Origin: Camelus ferus
Lineage: Eukaryota
Length of the DNA stretch: 64,000 nt
Reading direction: 5' to 3'
NCBI RefSeq assembly: GCF_009834535.1
Contig: NC_045696.1
Coordinates: forward strand, 19,346,001-19,410,000
In this document: positions 24,376 to 37,190 of the stretch, one piece after another
Layout of the letters: every line of letters starts with the position of its first letter
How positions within the stretch are numbered: position 1 is the first letter of the stretch
Notes under the pieces: generated by a model
Told to the model about the DNA's origin: nothing
What the model saw: only the letters and a program-made list of their open reading frames with translations
Database searches by the model: none
Program-made: the position numbers and the translations under genes

Positions 24376-25489
24376 TAATCCATAAAAGTCTGACAATCTA
24401 ACCATATTGACAAGAATATTGAAGAACTAAATATTAAGAAAATCCTGGTTATTTGCATACAAACAGCTTGTTTAAATAATAAAGAAAACATTTTCAATTG
24501 TCCAATATGAGTAGGTGGTTAAAAATATATTATTTATTCATTTTTCTAGGTAACAAATGTTATAATTAAACCAATAAATAAATTACAGTATGATGAAACA
24601 TGATTTTCATGTATTTTATATTTACTGCAAAATAGTTACCACTTATAGTACCTGAACATTAATAAGATTATATGCTATCCCATTTAATTCCATTTCAAAA
24701 CAATTTTATAGGATTTTTAAATTACTAATGACATTGATAATAATATAAATGATAATGTATTTTATAACAAGAGGGAAATTAAGTATATAAGATTTTAAAA
24801 ATATGATTTTAGAGATCATGAAATATGGGCCAAGTAACTGGTTTTGAACCACTCTTTTTGGTGTACAAATCACCAGTGAAGATGTGAACTAAGCCTATAA
24901 TATGCTGTTAAATTATCAGATCTATTTGAATTGGGCTGGAATAAGAGTCTTTATTTGAACCTGTAGTTGCCACAAAATTCTGTTTTCTGCCCGTTCTAGT
25001 TTCCTTTCTGGAGATAATGACACTTTTGTGTCTTTCATGAACTAGAGACTATTTTAAAACACGTGTTGAAAAGCCACTCGGGGACTATGGCCATACAATT
25101 GAGTTTGGAGTGGAATTACTCAGGCCTGCCTTTCACACTGTCCTCCCTAAATCCACTTTACCCCCTGCTTCAGTTCTAAGGACCTCTTTTGTTATGTGCA
25201 GAGAGAAGGTATTAAATTATTTTTCCACATAATTTTTTAAAATAGTAATACCAGAAGTACAAATTAGAGTGGAGGATACGTTTCCAGGACAATTACTTAC
25301 AGAAGGAGAGGGATGGTGTCCTATCAAATATTTTTTCGAAGCTTGACATTCTCAATAAACATAATTATTTCTGAGTTTTGCTTTCTTGCCTTTGCTAGTT
25401 CAACAAGGTGTCAGCCTTAACATTAAATTCAATGCTTCTTCTAATTTTTTATACTCTTATGATTCTGCACTGTTGACATTATAGGGCCT

Positions 25490-25745
25490 TCACCAGTATT
25501 TCTGAAAATTCAGAAAGCTCTAAGCACTAAAATATTTTTTAACTCATTCAAAAGCCAAATCTGACCTAAATTTTATAGTCTTAATTTATTATTCCTAATG
25601 TGAATAATTATTTGTTTTATTTCAAAATAATATATTATCCTAGACCTTGCTAGAACTACCAAATATACTATGTATGCATTCTGAGAACTTCCTAAAGTCT
25701 GAAAAATCCATACACATCTGGTACCAAGAGTTTGGATCAAAGTTT
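25490..25745. mobile_element. MER46C-like Tigger MITE
   Basis: aaaattcagaaagctct...aaagccaaatctgacctaa...ctgaaaaatccatacacatctggtaccaagagtttggat. Confidence 0.6.
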
Positions 25746-25756
25746 ATGGAACACAT

Positions 25757-25950
25757 TACTGTATGTAGAATAGATAAATGACAGGGACCTAATGTATAGC
25801 ACAGGGAAATATATTCAGTTTCTTGTAATGAGCTGTAACAGTGAAAGATCTGAAAATATATATACATATATACGTACATGTATGTATAACTGAATTGCTT
25901 TGCTGTACACATGAAACTAACACTGTAAATTGGCTACACTTCAACAAAAA
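25757..25950 (+). mobile_element. Artiodactyl-type L1 3' terminal fragment
   Basis: gacctaatgtatagcacagggaaatatattcag...ctttgctgtacacatgaaactaacactgtaaat, followed by an A tail. Confidence 0.8.
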
Positions 25951-26142
25951 GATAAGAATGTTTTAAAATATTATGGAACTCTATAGTTATTCTCTTTTTA
26001 GCTCTGTAAGTGCTTTAGTCAAAACTCCATCTCTTCCATCCCTTGTATCTTTTACTTTTTTTCTGATTACACTTTCTCTGTGTTTTCCAGTGGAATCCTG
26101 TCCTGCATCAACTTGCTTGAGATGGCTGTATCCCTACTCTTG

Positions 26143-26600
26143 TATGTGTTAGCTATTGCTGTGTAACTTACACAGAACTCAGGGGAGCAAAGCAGCCATC
26201 ACTTACCATTACTCACATATCTGCAAGTTGATTGCGCACTCAGTAAGATTGTCTTGGTCTCTGCTTCTCACTGCAGCTCTGTGAGTAGAATGACAAGGCC
26301 CAGATTCCACTTGCAGTGAATGAGACAATCCAGTTCCCGGGTTCTTCATCTTCTTCCAGGAACCATCAGGTTAGCCTCCTCCAACAGGTTAGCTTTTTCA
26401 TGGTGATGCAGAGGTGCAAAAGAGCAAAGATTTACAGATAAGCTAGGGGGATAGAGGAAGTGAGTGTTGGAAGGAGACAAGAGTAGAAATGACAGGAGCA
26501 AGTAACTGGATCTGATATATTTTTTAAATACTAAATTTCTGCTTTTGTGTTCCCTCCCATCCATCCTTATATCCCTTTGGTAGAGGAGATCATGATGGCT
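26143..26600 (-). mobile_element. MaLR MLT1 LTR (degenerate)
   Basis: tgtgttagctattgctgtgtaac...aggttagctttttcatggtgatgcagagg. Confidence 0.55.
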
Positions 26601-27219
26601 TAGGTGGCCACTTGTTATAGGCATATGAACACTGAAAATTAGAACACAAATAAAACCTGAAGAATAAACTACCCTATTTCATTACAACCAGTCCCTATTG
26701 TTGGAAATAAAGACATAATGACATTTTTCCCATCTATATAAATGCTTCTTAATATGATCATTGTAAAGATTACTCCCAAGTTTACACACTGGAAATTTAT
26801 TTTTTATTGAAATTCTTCCAAGTGGGGAACAAGTATTGATTGCATTCTGAAAGTCAACTTTGTATATTATACACAAATTTGATGTAGGAACACAGTCATT
26901 GAACATATGAAAAGATTCCTGTGTTTTAAATGTCCCATTTTTTCCCTTCTATTTTAAATGCATTTCACTATTTTATTTACTTAAGCACTACTCAACAATT
27001 TGCAATTTTTTCACAGGTCTATGAAATTCAATATTTGTATTTGGAAGTGCAAAGTAATAAACACTTTCAATTAGAATTATTCAGAAACTGTAGGTAACAA
27101 AGTTATTTAGCGTGGGAAAATCTGCCATTGGTTTCAAATGATGGAAGAGTTACTTCTTCAGGTTTTAAAAAATAAAGTCTAATTTCAATTCACTGGGTTT
27201 TGGAATCTGTCTTTCGCTA

Positions 27220-27384
27220 AACAAAATTCCCAAAACTATCAGTTTGGGGGGATTTGTTAAAAATAGAGACACCCAGCCTCTTCTCCAACCTACTGTAGAA
27301 GGGAATCCTAATGGTGGGAACTAGGATTCTTCACTTTGGGAGTACTTTGGTGACTCTTAATTGAATTAATGTTAGAGGGCACTG
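27220..27384. mobile_element. MER5-type hAT-Charlie MITE
   Basis: tttgttaaaaatagagacacccagcc...cctactg...ggtgactcttaa...gagggcactgg. Confidence 0.55.
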
Positions 27385-29642
27385 GAAGCTCTATAGCACA
27401 AAGTGCTTCTGCCTAATGCTGCATATTTACTGGGTGGAATAAATGCATTATGGTTGTTTCAAAATAAAACAAATGCTGATTAAATCAAGGCAAGATTGCA
27501 TAACAATTTTATCTGTATGAAAATTACCTTTCTCCAAATATATTTATAATTGTAATAGGAATAAAATGAGAATTAAGCAATCAATTATACCAGCAAAATA
27601 CACTACAGCTATGTCTACAGAAGTTGTCAGTCATTCAGAAGAGTTTTGCTTTAGTAGAGAGCAGCTAGCCCGGTTTGGGCCAAAACATAAAGATGTTAAG
27701 AACTATGTAAGTAAAAATACTCTTTACTTCTTAATATGTTTATATTTCATAGATAAAACATATCTATGACAAAAACAGGAAAGAAAACTCACTAATTTTC
27801 AGCAATTAGATTGGCACCTCTGATAGTTTTTTGTGTAAAATTTTAATATGAATTCAGAAAAGGCATCAGGTGTTCAGTTCTCTGATTTGGAACAGTAGGT
27901 AAGATTAAAAATGTTAGTTAAGTAAATGTGCTGATACTTTTTCCACTTAGGACACATGGATTAGTCATTTCCACAATTATGGCAAAATGATTAAGAACAA
28001 CTGTATAAAGAAAATCTTAAGAAAATGGGTTTAAGCTACAGTGTAGCCTTAGGGACAACTGTAAGTAATGGTTTCTGCTGTTTGGTTAATTACAGTGAAA
28101 CATGACCATCAATTTTTGTTTTCACCATCTTTTTAGAGGAAAATCAAGAGTAATCCTTTTCCTCTTAATTGCCCTTCTTATTTTCTTTTCCACTTGAAAC
28201 AGCAAAAATTGGTATGAGGAAATCTTTAATAATTGCCAGATATGATATTAAAGTTTTATTACAATTTTTTTAGGTTTGCTCAAAGTTATTGTACTGTAGA
28301 TATTATGTGTCTGAGTCAATTTCTATTAGAAACACCAACTAAAATGTCTATAAATTAAAGAAAAAGAATATCCATATTAATCATTGTCAAATACTATATA
28401 TAAAATTAAAGGGGCTACTTTCTGGTATGAATTGTAGTAGACCGAGGGATATGTGAATGAGTATTCACTTTTTTCTCCCTTCAGTAACTTCCTTTTTCCT
28501 TAACTGAAGTCCATTTCCCAAGCCTGAGTCTACTAAAATTCTGGAAAAATATGTGTTTGCTAGTGAACTGCAGAAACAAAGGCAGAGGAGCTCAGGGAAT
28601 GTGTTTTAAGTTTACAAACAGCACAGCTCTGATCCTTCAGAAAGAACTCAGTGACCTGGAAATTTCGATTCACTTATTTTTTCTTGTTCTAAAGAAGCTA
28701 AAATTGAGAGATAGTAAATAAAGAGAATTTGAGATGTAACTAAAGAAGTTTATTAACTTTTTAAATATCTTTTTCTTCTGTAATTTAGTTTTTGGAAAGA
28801 TATATTAGTATTCACTGTAGTGTTTTCATGTGTTCTAAAGTGTAAAAACTGAACAATGCACTGGAATTTGGCATTCTAGAAATATTGCTACTATCTTGTA
28901 TGACAATGGGTAGTGTCAGGATGTGACAGAAGTGACTCACTTGAGGCAAATGTGACCTAAAATACACATCTTCTCAAAAACACAGAGATAAAAGAGATGA
29001 TACATTTTGTCAAGCATATGGTGCCTGCTGGTCTTGCTGGAGAAACTGGGATGTGGTGGTGCCTGAGAGCTCCTTCTTTGTAAATTACAGTTTGGCACTA
29101 AATTTTAAAGAGAGTCCATCTTACTTCTTTAGGATATAGATTAGCAATAGACCATATAGGGTCTGGACCAGAAAGATAACTTTAACAACTTTATCAAATT
29201 TCTTACTTTTTAAATTTCGTGTCAATTATGTTTTTATTTCCTACTTTTACATAATGATTAACAAAACAGTCTCAACAAAATCAGTCTGGAGACTTCCTTC
29301 CTTTAATCACAGTAAACAGCAGCTGGAAGTCTTGGGTCTAAAAGAACACTGAGAATTAACAGCAGCAAGTTTCAAGGGGAAAGGATATACCACTGAGACT
29401 CGGGGGCCAGCTGCAAAGACAAAGGGAGTTGACAGACAGCAGGTTGAGCCCAATACTGGCTCTGGCCATGAGGAGCAGAAAGTGTCCTATGAACCTTCTC
29501 TGCCATGCCGGACAGATGCAATTCACATTTATAGGACTCAAACCTTTCCTTTTTCTACCTAACAAGCAAATGACTGAAAGCAGTTTTACAGTATAGAAGA
29601 CTCTTGGAAGGAAATAAGGAAGGAAGGGAGGAAAGAATGAAG

Positions 29643-30033
29643 GATTGACCTTTAATAAACAGATTGCCAATTATTTGTCTAGCAAAAATGGGTTTACATG
29701 GGATCAGAGAAGAATTGCAACTCAGGGTCTGCAACCATGGAAAGCACGTGCCAAGTCTTCCATAAAATGAAGAAGAGAACTCTTTTAAAGAGGGAAAAAA
29801 GGAAGTTGAGAGGGCATAGTAAACAAAGAGCACTTGGAAGAATTCAGAGTTCAGACTATAGAGGCTTTCCATGGGCTGATGTGGAACCGTCTCTTTGGCT
29901 GAGCTCTTGCCGGGAAAGAGGAGAAGTCTTGCTTCTTCCTGTTGGGCTCTGCTATTGTCTTAGGGCATGACAGCTCCCTCTTCTAGACTCTAGACTCTAT
30001 TTTAGTTGAGGTTTCTATTTATTAATTTTTACA
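29643..30033 (-). mobile_element. ERV1-class solo LTR
   Basis: Minus strand starts tgtaaaaattaataaatagaaacctcaactaaaatagagtc. Flanked by gaag on both sides (4-bp TSD); the left terminus is degenerate. Confidence 0.75.
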
Positions 30034-30364
30034 GAAGAAAAGGAGAAATCAAGACAGGAAGGAAGGAAACACCAATGTCATAATTAGTCATAAATGTCCT
30101 GTGGCAAAGAGATGTGATGGGAACGTGGAGTTGCAAACTCTTTGCCCCAAGGGAAATCCACTTCATTTTTTTGGTAACTCAATCTTCTCATTTTAAATGA
30201 GGCCAACTAAACTATCTCTACATTTAAAAAATTTGAACGTCTGCTACCATCCTTCAGTTCTATGCCAACACTCTACCTACCTAACTATCGAGCCCCAGAA
30301 ACAAGGGACTAACCCTCTTTAGATGCTGATTTCTTCTTCTATAATAATGGGTTGAGTTACCATT

Positions 30365-30680
30365 TATCAAGCCTTTTAGGTCACCAGAATCACTTGAGGT
30401 ACTAGTTAGAAATACTAATTCCTTGACTCAAGGCTACTTTCGAAACAGTCTTTTGGAATTCAGGGAAGCTTTAGGGCCTCAACTTCTCCTTTGGAAACAC
30501 ATTCTAGTCTCCATGTGGCAACATCATAATCCCATCAGAAGACATGCCCGTTTTAAACATGTATTTATGACATTCACCTCAGATCTATTCAGTCCTGATC
30601 TCCTAAAGTGATACCAAAGATTTATCTTCAACAGATGCTACAAGTAATTCCAAGGGGAAGTAGGGAATAGAAATCACTGG
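30365..30680. mobile_element. MER5-type hAT remnants
   Basis: ccagaatcacttgaggtactagttagaaatac and cacctcagatctattca...gaaatcactgg. Confidence 0.45.
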
Positions 30681-31047
30681 TTTTGATGTTTTCCTAGGTG
30701 TAATCATGGCAAAAAGATAATCCCCAGATAACACTCAATGCTGCGATCTTTTGGAGTGGCACTTGTCTTTAGTAAATAAGGGTGGAGTCCTCGGAGATTT
30801 TCTGTGGCTGAATTGGGTTAACACCAGACACTCATAACTTGATCCTTTTTTCCTTCCCCTCTGTTCATAGAAGAGAGAGTTAAGGTCAGGGAGATGAAAG
30901 AAAAGAATGCCTGGAATTATGTAAGGTCCATGAGATGGTCATTATTATGGTTCCAAATATTTCTGGTTCTCCTTCTAGAACATTGCCTTTTTCTACATGA
31001 AATTAGGTAGGGCCACATCATTTGCTTTAGACAATGTAATCAGAAAT

Positions 31048-31048
<1 letters not shown>

Positions 31049-31084
<36 letters not shown>
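31049..31084. repeat. (TG)n microsatellite
   Basis: Direct reading. Confidence 0.98.
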
Positions 31085-31090
<6 letters not shown>

Positions 31091-31479
31091 TGCTGAGATC
31101 TAAGAAGTCAGTATTCTTTTCAATTCTAATCAGAAACAAGGTGACAAACCAAGACTAATATTTCCTATTACCATTGCATATAGTAACTGCGGGCTTCTTT
31201 TGAGAAAAAAAAAACACCAAACTTTGCTTATGCAAGTTCACAATTCTTGGACCTCAGATCTCTGGTACGGTGCTCGGAAATATCTTAGGGGATCGTCTCA
31301 TCATGCACATACTGACATTGGGAAAAATGAGCTGTAAGAAGTCAGAAAAAATACGTGAACAAACTCACAGAGACGGAAAGTATTTACATAGTGCCACTAC
31401 CTACGGCTGCTTTTGTCCTCGGGAGAAATGTCCCACAGTGAGTATGAGATACAGTATGGGAATTTCTTCTTCTTCTCTG

Positions 31480-32190
31480 TTACTTATTTATGCATTCATC
31501 CCATAGTGCCGCATATTATAGCTTCTTGAAATCACTGCTGAACCAAATAAAGATTCTCTACCTCAGGGAGCTTATGTTCTAGTGGAGAGAGATGCAATAA
31601 ATAGTAAATCTAACAAATAAGTAAATTATGTGGCATGTGAAAACTGACAAGTGCTATTGAAAATGGGAAGAGTGGTGCAGAATGAGGAGGAAACAGTAGC
31701 ATGGTCCGACAGTCGGAGAGCAAGTTACAGCATTAAATTGTGGTTTAGGTAGACTCCTTTGAGAAAATGTGATCCGAGAAAAGACAAGAAGGAGGTGAGG
31801 GGGTTAGCTAAGCACACGTCTTTGAAAATAGTGTTCCCAGCAGACAGGGTATCTAAAACAAATGCCCTAGAGTATTCTCCTGCATTTCTGATCAGCAAAT
31901 TAGTAAGAGATGAAGTCAGAGAATTAACAGAGGGTCTCATGGCTCTTATATGAAATGTATCTGTTACTCTGATTAAAATGGAAACTGATTGCAAGCTTTT
32001 GAACAGAAAAAAAAAGACACAATCTTACTTAAATATTTGAAGAATGAATGGCAATTTTTAAAATAAAATAGACAATATTAGGGAAGGGTCAGAGCAGGGA
32101 GACCATTTGCCAGACACAAGTGCAGTGATACAGACAGGAGTCGGTGGTGGCTCAGACCAGGGAGGTGAGGGTGAGAGGGAGTTAGGCATA
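31480..32190 (-). mobile_element. L2 fragment
   Basis: ctacctcagggagcttatgttctagtggaga...gtgttcccagcagacaggg...gatgaagtcagaga...ggtggtggctcagaccaggg. Confidence 0.7.
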
Positions 32191-32805
32191 GCTCACTCTC
32201 TTTCTTCTATGGCTTAGAAAAAAACAAGAAAGATCAGAGAATAAAGCAGCAATCACACAATATGCAATCCATAGTTTTTCAATCATAAAAAGTATATCTG
32301 AGATGGAAAGCCTTAGAGAAATATAAAATGCCTATGTGCCCACCTGTGAGATAAATTATTCCAGAATCAAATGAAGTCTTGTGTACCCCTACCCAATGGC
32401 AGCCCCCTACCACTGCTCCCAGAAGTAACTGTTTTTGCTATTTATAAATGCATCCATACACCACGCACAGGCTTGCTTTGCTTGTTTTTAGATTTCATGT
32501 AAGTGCTATCCTACTACATAGTGAGGAGGATATATAAATATATATACCTTTTTACCAACATTTTAATTTTTAAAAAATGTCCATGCTGATAACATAGCTC
32601 TAGTTCCTCTGTTTTAATTGTACTGTTTTATTCCATTGTATGAATAAAATTTATCTATTCTTGTGATCAAGGAATTTTAGGAAATGTCACAGGAATTCAG
32701 GGAAGTGACAGTTAAAACCATAAAACCACAATGAATCCTTGGTATCACATTTTGTGAAACAATTTCAAAATTAAGGTATCTATAATAATTTATCAATAAT
32801 TAAAA

Positions 32806-32874
32806 TCTGGACATGTAAACAACCCAAATGTCCATCAACAGATGGCTGGATAAAGAAAATGTGGTGTGTGTATT

Positions 32875-32922
<48 letters not shown>

Positions 32923-33306
32923 CTATCTAAGTATCTGTATAGATAGATATTTCTATCTATCATCTATCTATCTATCTACCTATAGATAGATAGATAGATG
33001 ATAGATAGATAGATAGATAGATAGATAATGGAATTCTAACCAGCCATAAAAAATAATAAAATAAGGCTATTTGCAGCAACATGAATGGGACTGAGGGTTG
33101 CCATTCTAAGTGAAGTAAGCCAGAAAGAGAAAGAAAAATACCATATGATATTGGTTACATGTAGAATCTAAAAAAAAAAAAAAAAAAAGGACACAAATGA
33201 ACTTATCTACAAAACAGAAACAGACTCAGAGACATACAGAACAAACTTATGGTTACCAGGGGTTAAAGGGGGTAGGAAGTAACACATTGGGAGTTCAAAA
33301 TTTGCA
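32806..33306 (+). mobile_element. Lineage-specific L1 3' region containing a compound (TCTA)n/(TAGA)n microsatellite
   Basis: aacaacccaaatgtccatcaacagatggctggataaagaaaatgtgg...taagtgaagtaagccagaaagagaaagaaaaataccatatgat...aaacttatggttaccaggg. Confidence 0.85.
32875..33026. repeat. Compound inverted (TCTA)n...(TAGA)n microsatellite
   Basis: Direct reading. Confidence 0.97.
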
Positions 33307-33465
33307 CCTCTTGGGGAGTGATGGAGATGTTAGCTATCTTGTTTGTGGTGGTGGTTTCATTGGTGCATACATCTGTTAAAATTCATCAAATTATACATCT
33401 GAAATATGTGTAGTTTACTGTACAGAAATCATACCACAATAAAGGTGTTTAAAATAAAATAAAAT
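33307..33465 (+). mobile_element. Old L1M (L1MB/ME-type) 3' end
   Basis: ggggagtgatggagatgttagctatcttgtttgtggtggtggtttc...aaaattcatcaaattatac...caataaag. Confidence 0.7.
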
Positions 33466-33519
33466 GAAAGTGGAAAAAAAATCTAGCAATACTAAACATT
33501 AAGTGTTAAGCTATGGTAA

Positions 33520-34440
33520 CTATCATTACCACTGGGTGGAAATATACACTGGAACAAATGCTTAAGACCAAATTTGGTGTAATTTGTAAAATTCAGATTT
33601 ATGTATGATAATTTTATATAAATGTGCATATATATGTATATTTGGTTTTTTGTGGTACCAACATTTTTAAACTCAAATTATTCAACTGTCCTCAAAATGT
33701 GACAAACTAAGTAACTCAAACAAGTAGTGACAGTGCAGGTCAAAGGGGACTGACCTGAGGCACATTCTCTAAAATCGTCTCCAGAGCAGGGCCCACAGGG
33801 CCGTGGTGTCAGGATATCCAGCCCTCTTCTCTTAACACCTAAGGAGCTGGGGAAAAGATTCTTGCTTGTGCAGGGTTCCCCTTTCGATCCTGGCGAATGG
33901 TCAGCTCTGGAACCAGAGCCCTTCATCAGGCCCAGCGTCAGCTCCTGTCCCCAGGACAGTTCACATGGGTTTCCTTTGAAAGAAGAGAGAGATCTGCAGG
34001 AGTTACTGTCTCAGTTCTTGCTGCCTCCCACCAGGGCAGAACTGGCCAGCAGCTCCCTGAAGGTGGCGCCCACGCAGCGAGGGTAGATGTGTGGGCGGTG
34101 GATGGTGCGCTTCCACCCGTGCCTGGCGGCTCCCCTGAGCACAAGGGGAGAGTGGCGGGGGAGGGGAAGGGCACCTCCTGCCAGCTGGCACAGGACAGAC
34201 CCGCTGGGGGCATCACACCTTCCACCAAGGCCTCCAGGAAGCCAGGCCGGCAGTAGCAGAGCAATATATTATGTATATATAAAAATATACATATATATCA
34301 TATGTTTACATAGATATATTCCCAATTAAACTCTTGCACACAGGCACATGAAGACATATACAAGATTGTCCACTTCAGTTTGTTCGTTACAGCAAAATAT
34401 TAGAACTCTCCTAAATGTCCACTGACAGAGGATTCCATGT
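33520..34440 (+). mobile_element. Ancient L1ME ORF2-end fragment split by a GC-rich insert
   Basis: actgggtggaaatatacactggaacaa...atttgg on the left; aaactcttgcacacaggcacatgaagacatatacaag...cctaaatgtccactgacagagg on the right. Confidence 0.6.
33642..34260 (-). pseudogene. Probable retroposed mRNA fragment (3'UTR-like or orphan transduction), source unknown
   Basis: Abrupt GC/CpG-rich block inside an AT-rich L1. Short oligo(T) at 33642-33651. Near-duplicate flanks gcatatatatgtatat (33626-33641) and gcaatatattatgtatat (34261-34278). No recognisable repeat consensus or protein. Confidence 0.6.
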
Positions 34441-35869
34441 ACAACAGCCTCAAAGATGGATCTTTAAGAGGAAAATATGGGCAAAAGGTAGGTATCACAG
34501 GGAGGCGAAACAGAGTAAGCAAAGGCATAACATTAGGAAAATACAGAAATGTCTTGGAAAGAATCCACATCAGCTAGAATGTGAGATTTAATATGTGGTA
34601 TATCTATAAAAGGCTGATGAACAGCAAATTATGGAAGGCTTTGCATAGCATGGCAAGAAATACACCTTTTGTCTGCTGACAGTGGATAATAAAGGCAGTG
34701 AGTCAATCTATGAGAATCACAGAAAATAAGAAGACATATCTATTCATGTCTTAAAGCAAGAAGAGCCCTCACAAATACGAGTGAACAAGTATATTTGCAA
34801 TGTAGTGTCACGTGAAGAGAAGTAGTAGAGGGAATTAGTATTAAGCAGTGACTAAAATGATATGCAAGTTTCAGGCAGTGATCTACAAGGTAAAAAAAAA
34901 GGGAACAATTTTAAAGGAGCACATGGCCAGCATGATCGATGAGCAGATGAGATCTCAGAGAGTAACGGCTAGAATCCTGGGCCTCTGACCTTGTGATTCG
35001 CCCGTTATTCCCGGTGTGATGGACTTGGGCGTGTAGCTTGTTCATCCCCTACTTAGAAAGAAGTAAGGGGTCTCAGATGGGAGACGTCTGCTGAAATCGT
35101 GAATGACCTTGTTTGCCAAACTCAGTGACAGGAAAAGCGTGCTGTAGCTCAGCTGTGGCTGTGCTGCCAGAATTAGAAAATAACATCTGATTTCATGGGA
35201 GATCAAGAAAACAAGGGGAGCATGAACAACCAAAATGGAAAAGTGATTTCAAGCATAATTGTTCTGTCTTTTATTCAAATAAGTAACGAAAGGGTCATAA
35301 TCAGAGAGGTGGGTACAGTTCCCCCCCACCAGGAACAACGTAGTTTAGCCCTGAATGGAAATATTATGCCAACGCTAAGCTTCATCAAAAACAGTATTAA
35401 ACATTGGGAAACATCTGCTCGCAAATTCCCAATATGTTTTAAAATATTTTCTTTGACATTTAGCCAAATATGTCTTACTCTGATTTGCTATTTTTTGTAA
35501 GCTAGAGCAGAGCCAATAGTTATATAATCAACAAATATGTTCCCATATGTTTTTCCAAGTGCTCTGTTTCTTTGGTAGCATGTAATATGAACTTAATAAT
35601 ATTAAACATGACTTAAGAAGGTATAAATCACCATCATGACTGTTGTTAAAAGCCATTTATTAAGCTTCCATCCACACAGCTGCTCTCCCACGCACTGCAT
35701 GAATTGGCAGTACACTTCTTTTTCCTTAACAATTAAAGACTAATAACCATAAGACAAACAAACAAACAAACAACAAAAAAGAGGCAACTCTTTTTTGGCA
35801 AAAAGACATAAAGAGAATGATGCTAACCTTTATTCAAAGTTAGTGTTTTCAAACAATTAATTAAATTTA

Positions 35870-36015
35870 ACTCTTACCAACTTTCTAATCCGTTTGGTAT
35901 CTCTCTCTGTTTTGTCAAGGTAGAGAAATTATAGTTTGCAAAACTGACAGAGCCAATGCAATTAGTAGAGGATTCAAATCCAGATTTCTTTGACTCAAAA
36001 CGTTGGCATTTTACA
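35870..36015 (-). mobile_element. MIR SINE fragment
   Basis: ttagtagaggattcaaatccagatttctttgactcaaaa. Confidence 0.5.
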
Positions 36016-36329
36016 TCAATGTCAATATACGTCAATGTAGAGATGTTTGTAGCTTTGTGCAACTTTGAGTCCTTTGTTCTTGGAGACTAATCATCTAAAT
36101 GTTCCCTCTTATTTTGGGGATTTTGAACAAGCGCCTTCCCAGATCCATTCCCTTTACTTACCCAACTTAAATTCTTGAAATGATGGTTCCATAAGCAAAC
36201 TGCTGAATAGAAAGCCAAAAATATTCATACAGTGGTCGTAGAGTAGGTCAAGCAAGTTAGCATGTTCAAGCACCAGCAGGTGACTCTAATGCACGATGAA
36301 CTGTGAATCAGATTGGAAAACATTGTTTC

Positions 36330-36590
36330 TTCTCAGAAGGCTTCTTTGATCTCTCAAGCCTAGCAAAACCATCCCCTTTTGTATTTTCGCATATCACTGT
36401 CTCTGAGTACTTATTTATAATCCCATTCACCACTAGTACTGTGATTATCCATTGATTCATCAGTGCCCTTGACTAGGTTTCAATATTCTTGAGGCAAAGA
36501 TTTATGTTATTAGTCTTTGCTGATGCTGCAGCCAATTCAGTTCTTGCCATATAGTAGATGATAAATAGGTATCTGAATGAATGATAAATG
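36330..36590 (+). mobile_element. L2 3' end
   Basis: gaaggcttctttgatc...cttgaggcaaagat...cttgccatatagtagatgataaataggtatctgaatgaatga. Confidence 0.6.
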
Positions 36591-36651
36591 CCATTTACAA
36601 ATGCCATCAATAAATGGTAAGCTGGCTGAATGAATGAGCATTTCTATCAAT

Positions 36652-37190
36652 TCTATCCATCAGGTTCTTTGTTGTAAACTATAGAATCAACTCACTGGTT
36701 GAAGAAGTAACCCAATTAATTAAAAGTATATTAAATGACATATAGAATCATTACAAGACCTAGAAAAACAAGGTTGAGACTCTGCATCTAGGAAAAGGTT
36801 CTGAAAAAATAGTTCTATGAAAATACTGTTGATGTTCCTACTGCTACAACCTAGCACTTAATGCAAGGAACTTGACTCCTCTGCAACCACAAAAGCCCCA
36901 CATGGATCTTACTTCGGGGTAGGGAACTTAACCTTGAATACTGCTATCCCCCAAACACCTACACTGCAAAAGGATGGCTTGATACCGATCTCTTATGTTC
37001 TTCTGTTGCTCACTTAAACCAAAATCTCATACAAGTGCATCTGACTGGGGAAGCTTGCATTGCATGCCCACATCATGGCTGTAAGGAAGGCTGGAACTTT
37101 GAATTATTTCTCTTCTAAGTTGAATAACCTAAGAGTTTAACCAAATATAAGAAAGGTAATAAAAAGATGATAGGCAGATGCACATTTCCA
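36652..37190 (-). mobile_element. Old MaLR LTR (MLT1N/K-like)
   Basis: catcaggttctttgttgtaaactatagaatcaactc...gtgcatctgactggggaagctt...ggctgtaaggaaggctggaa. Confidence 0.6.

Noticed and set aside
33678..34329. Overlapping ORFs or a CpG-island promoter
   Set aside because: Long ORFs are expected in GC-rich sequence and none resembles a known protein. The block is better explained as an insertion in an L1.
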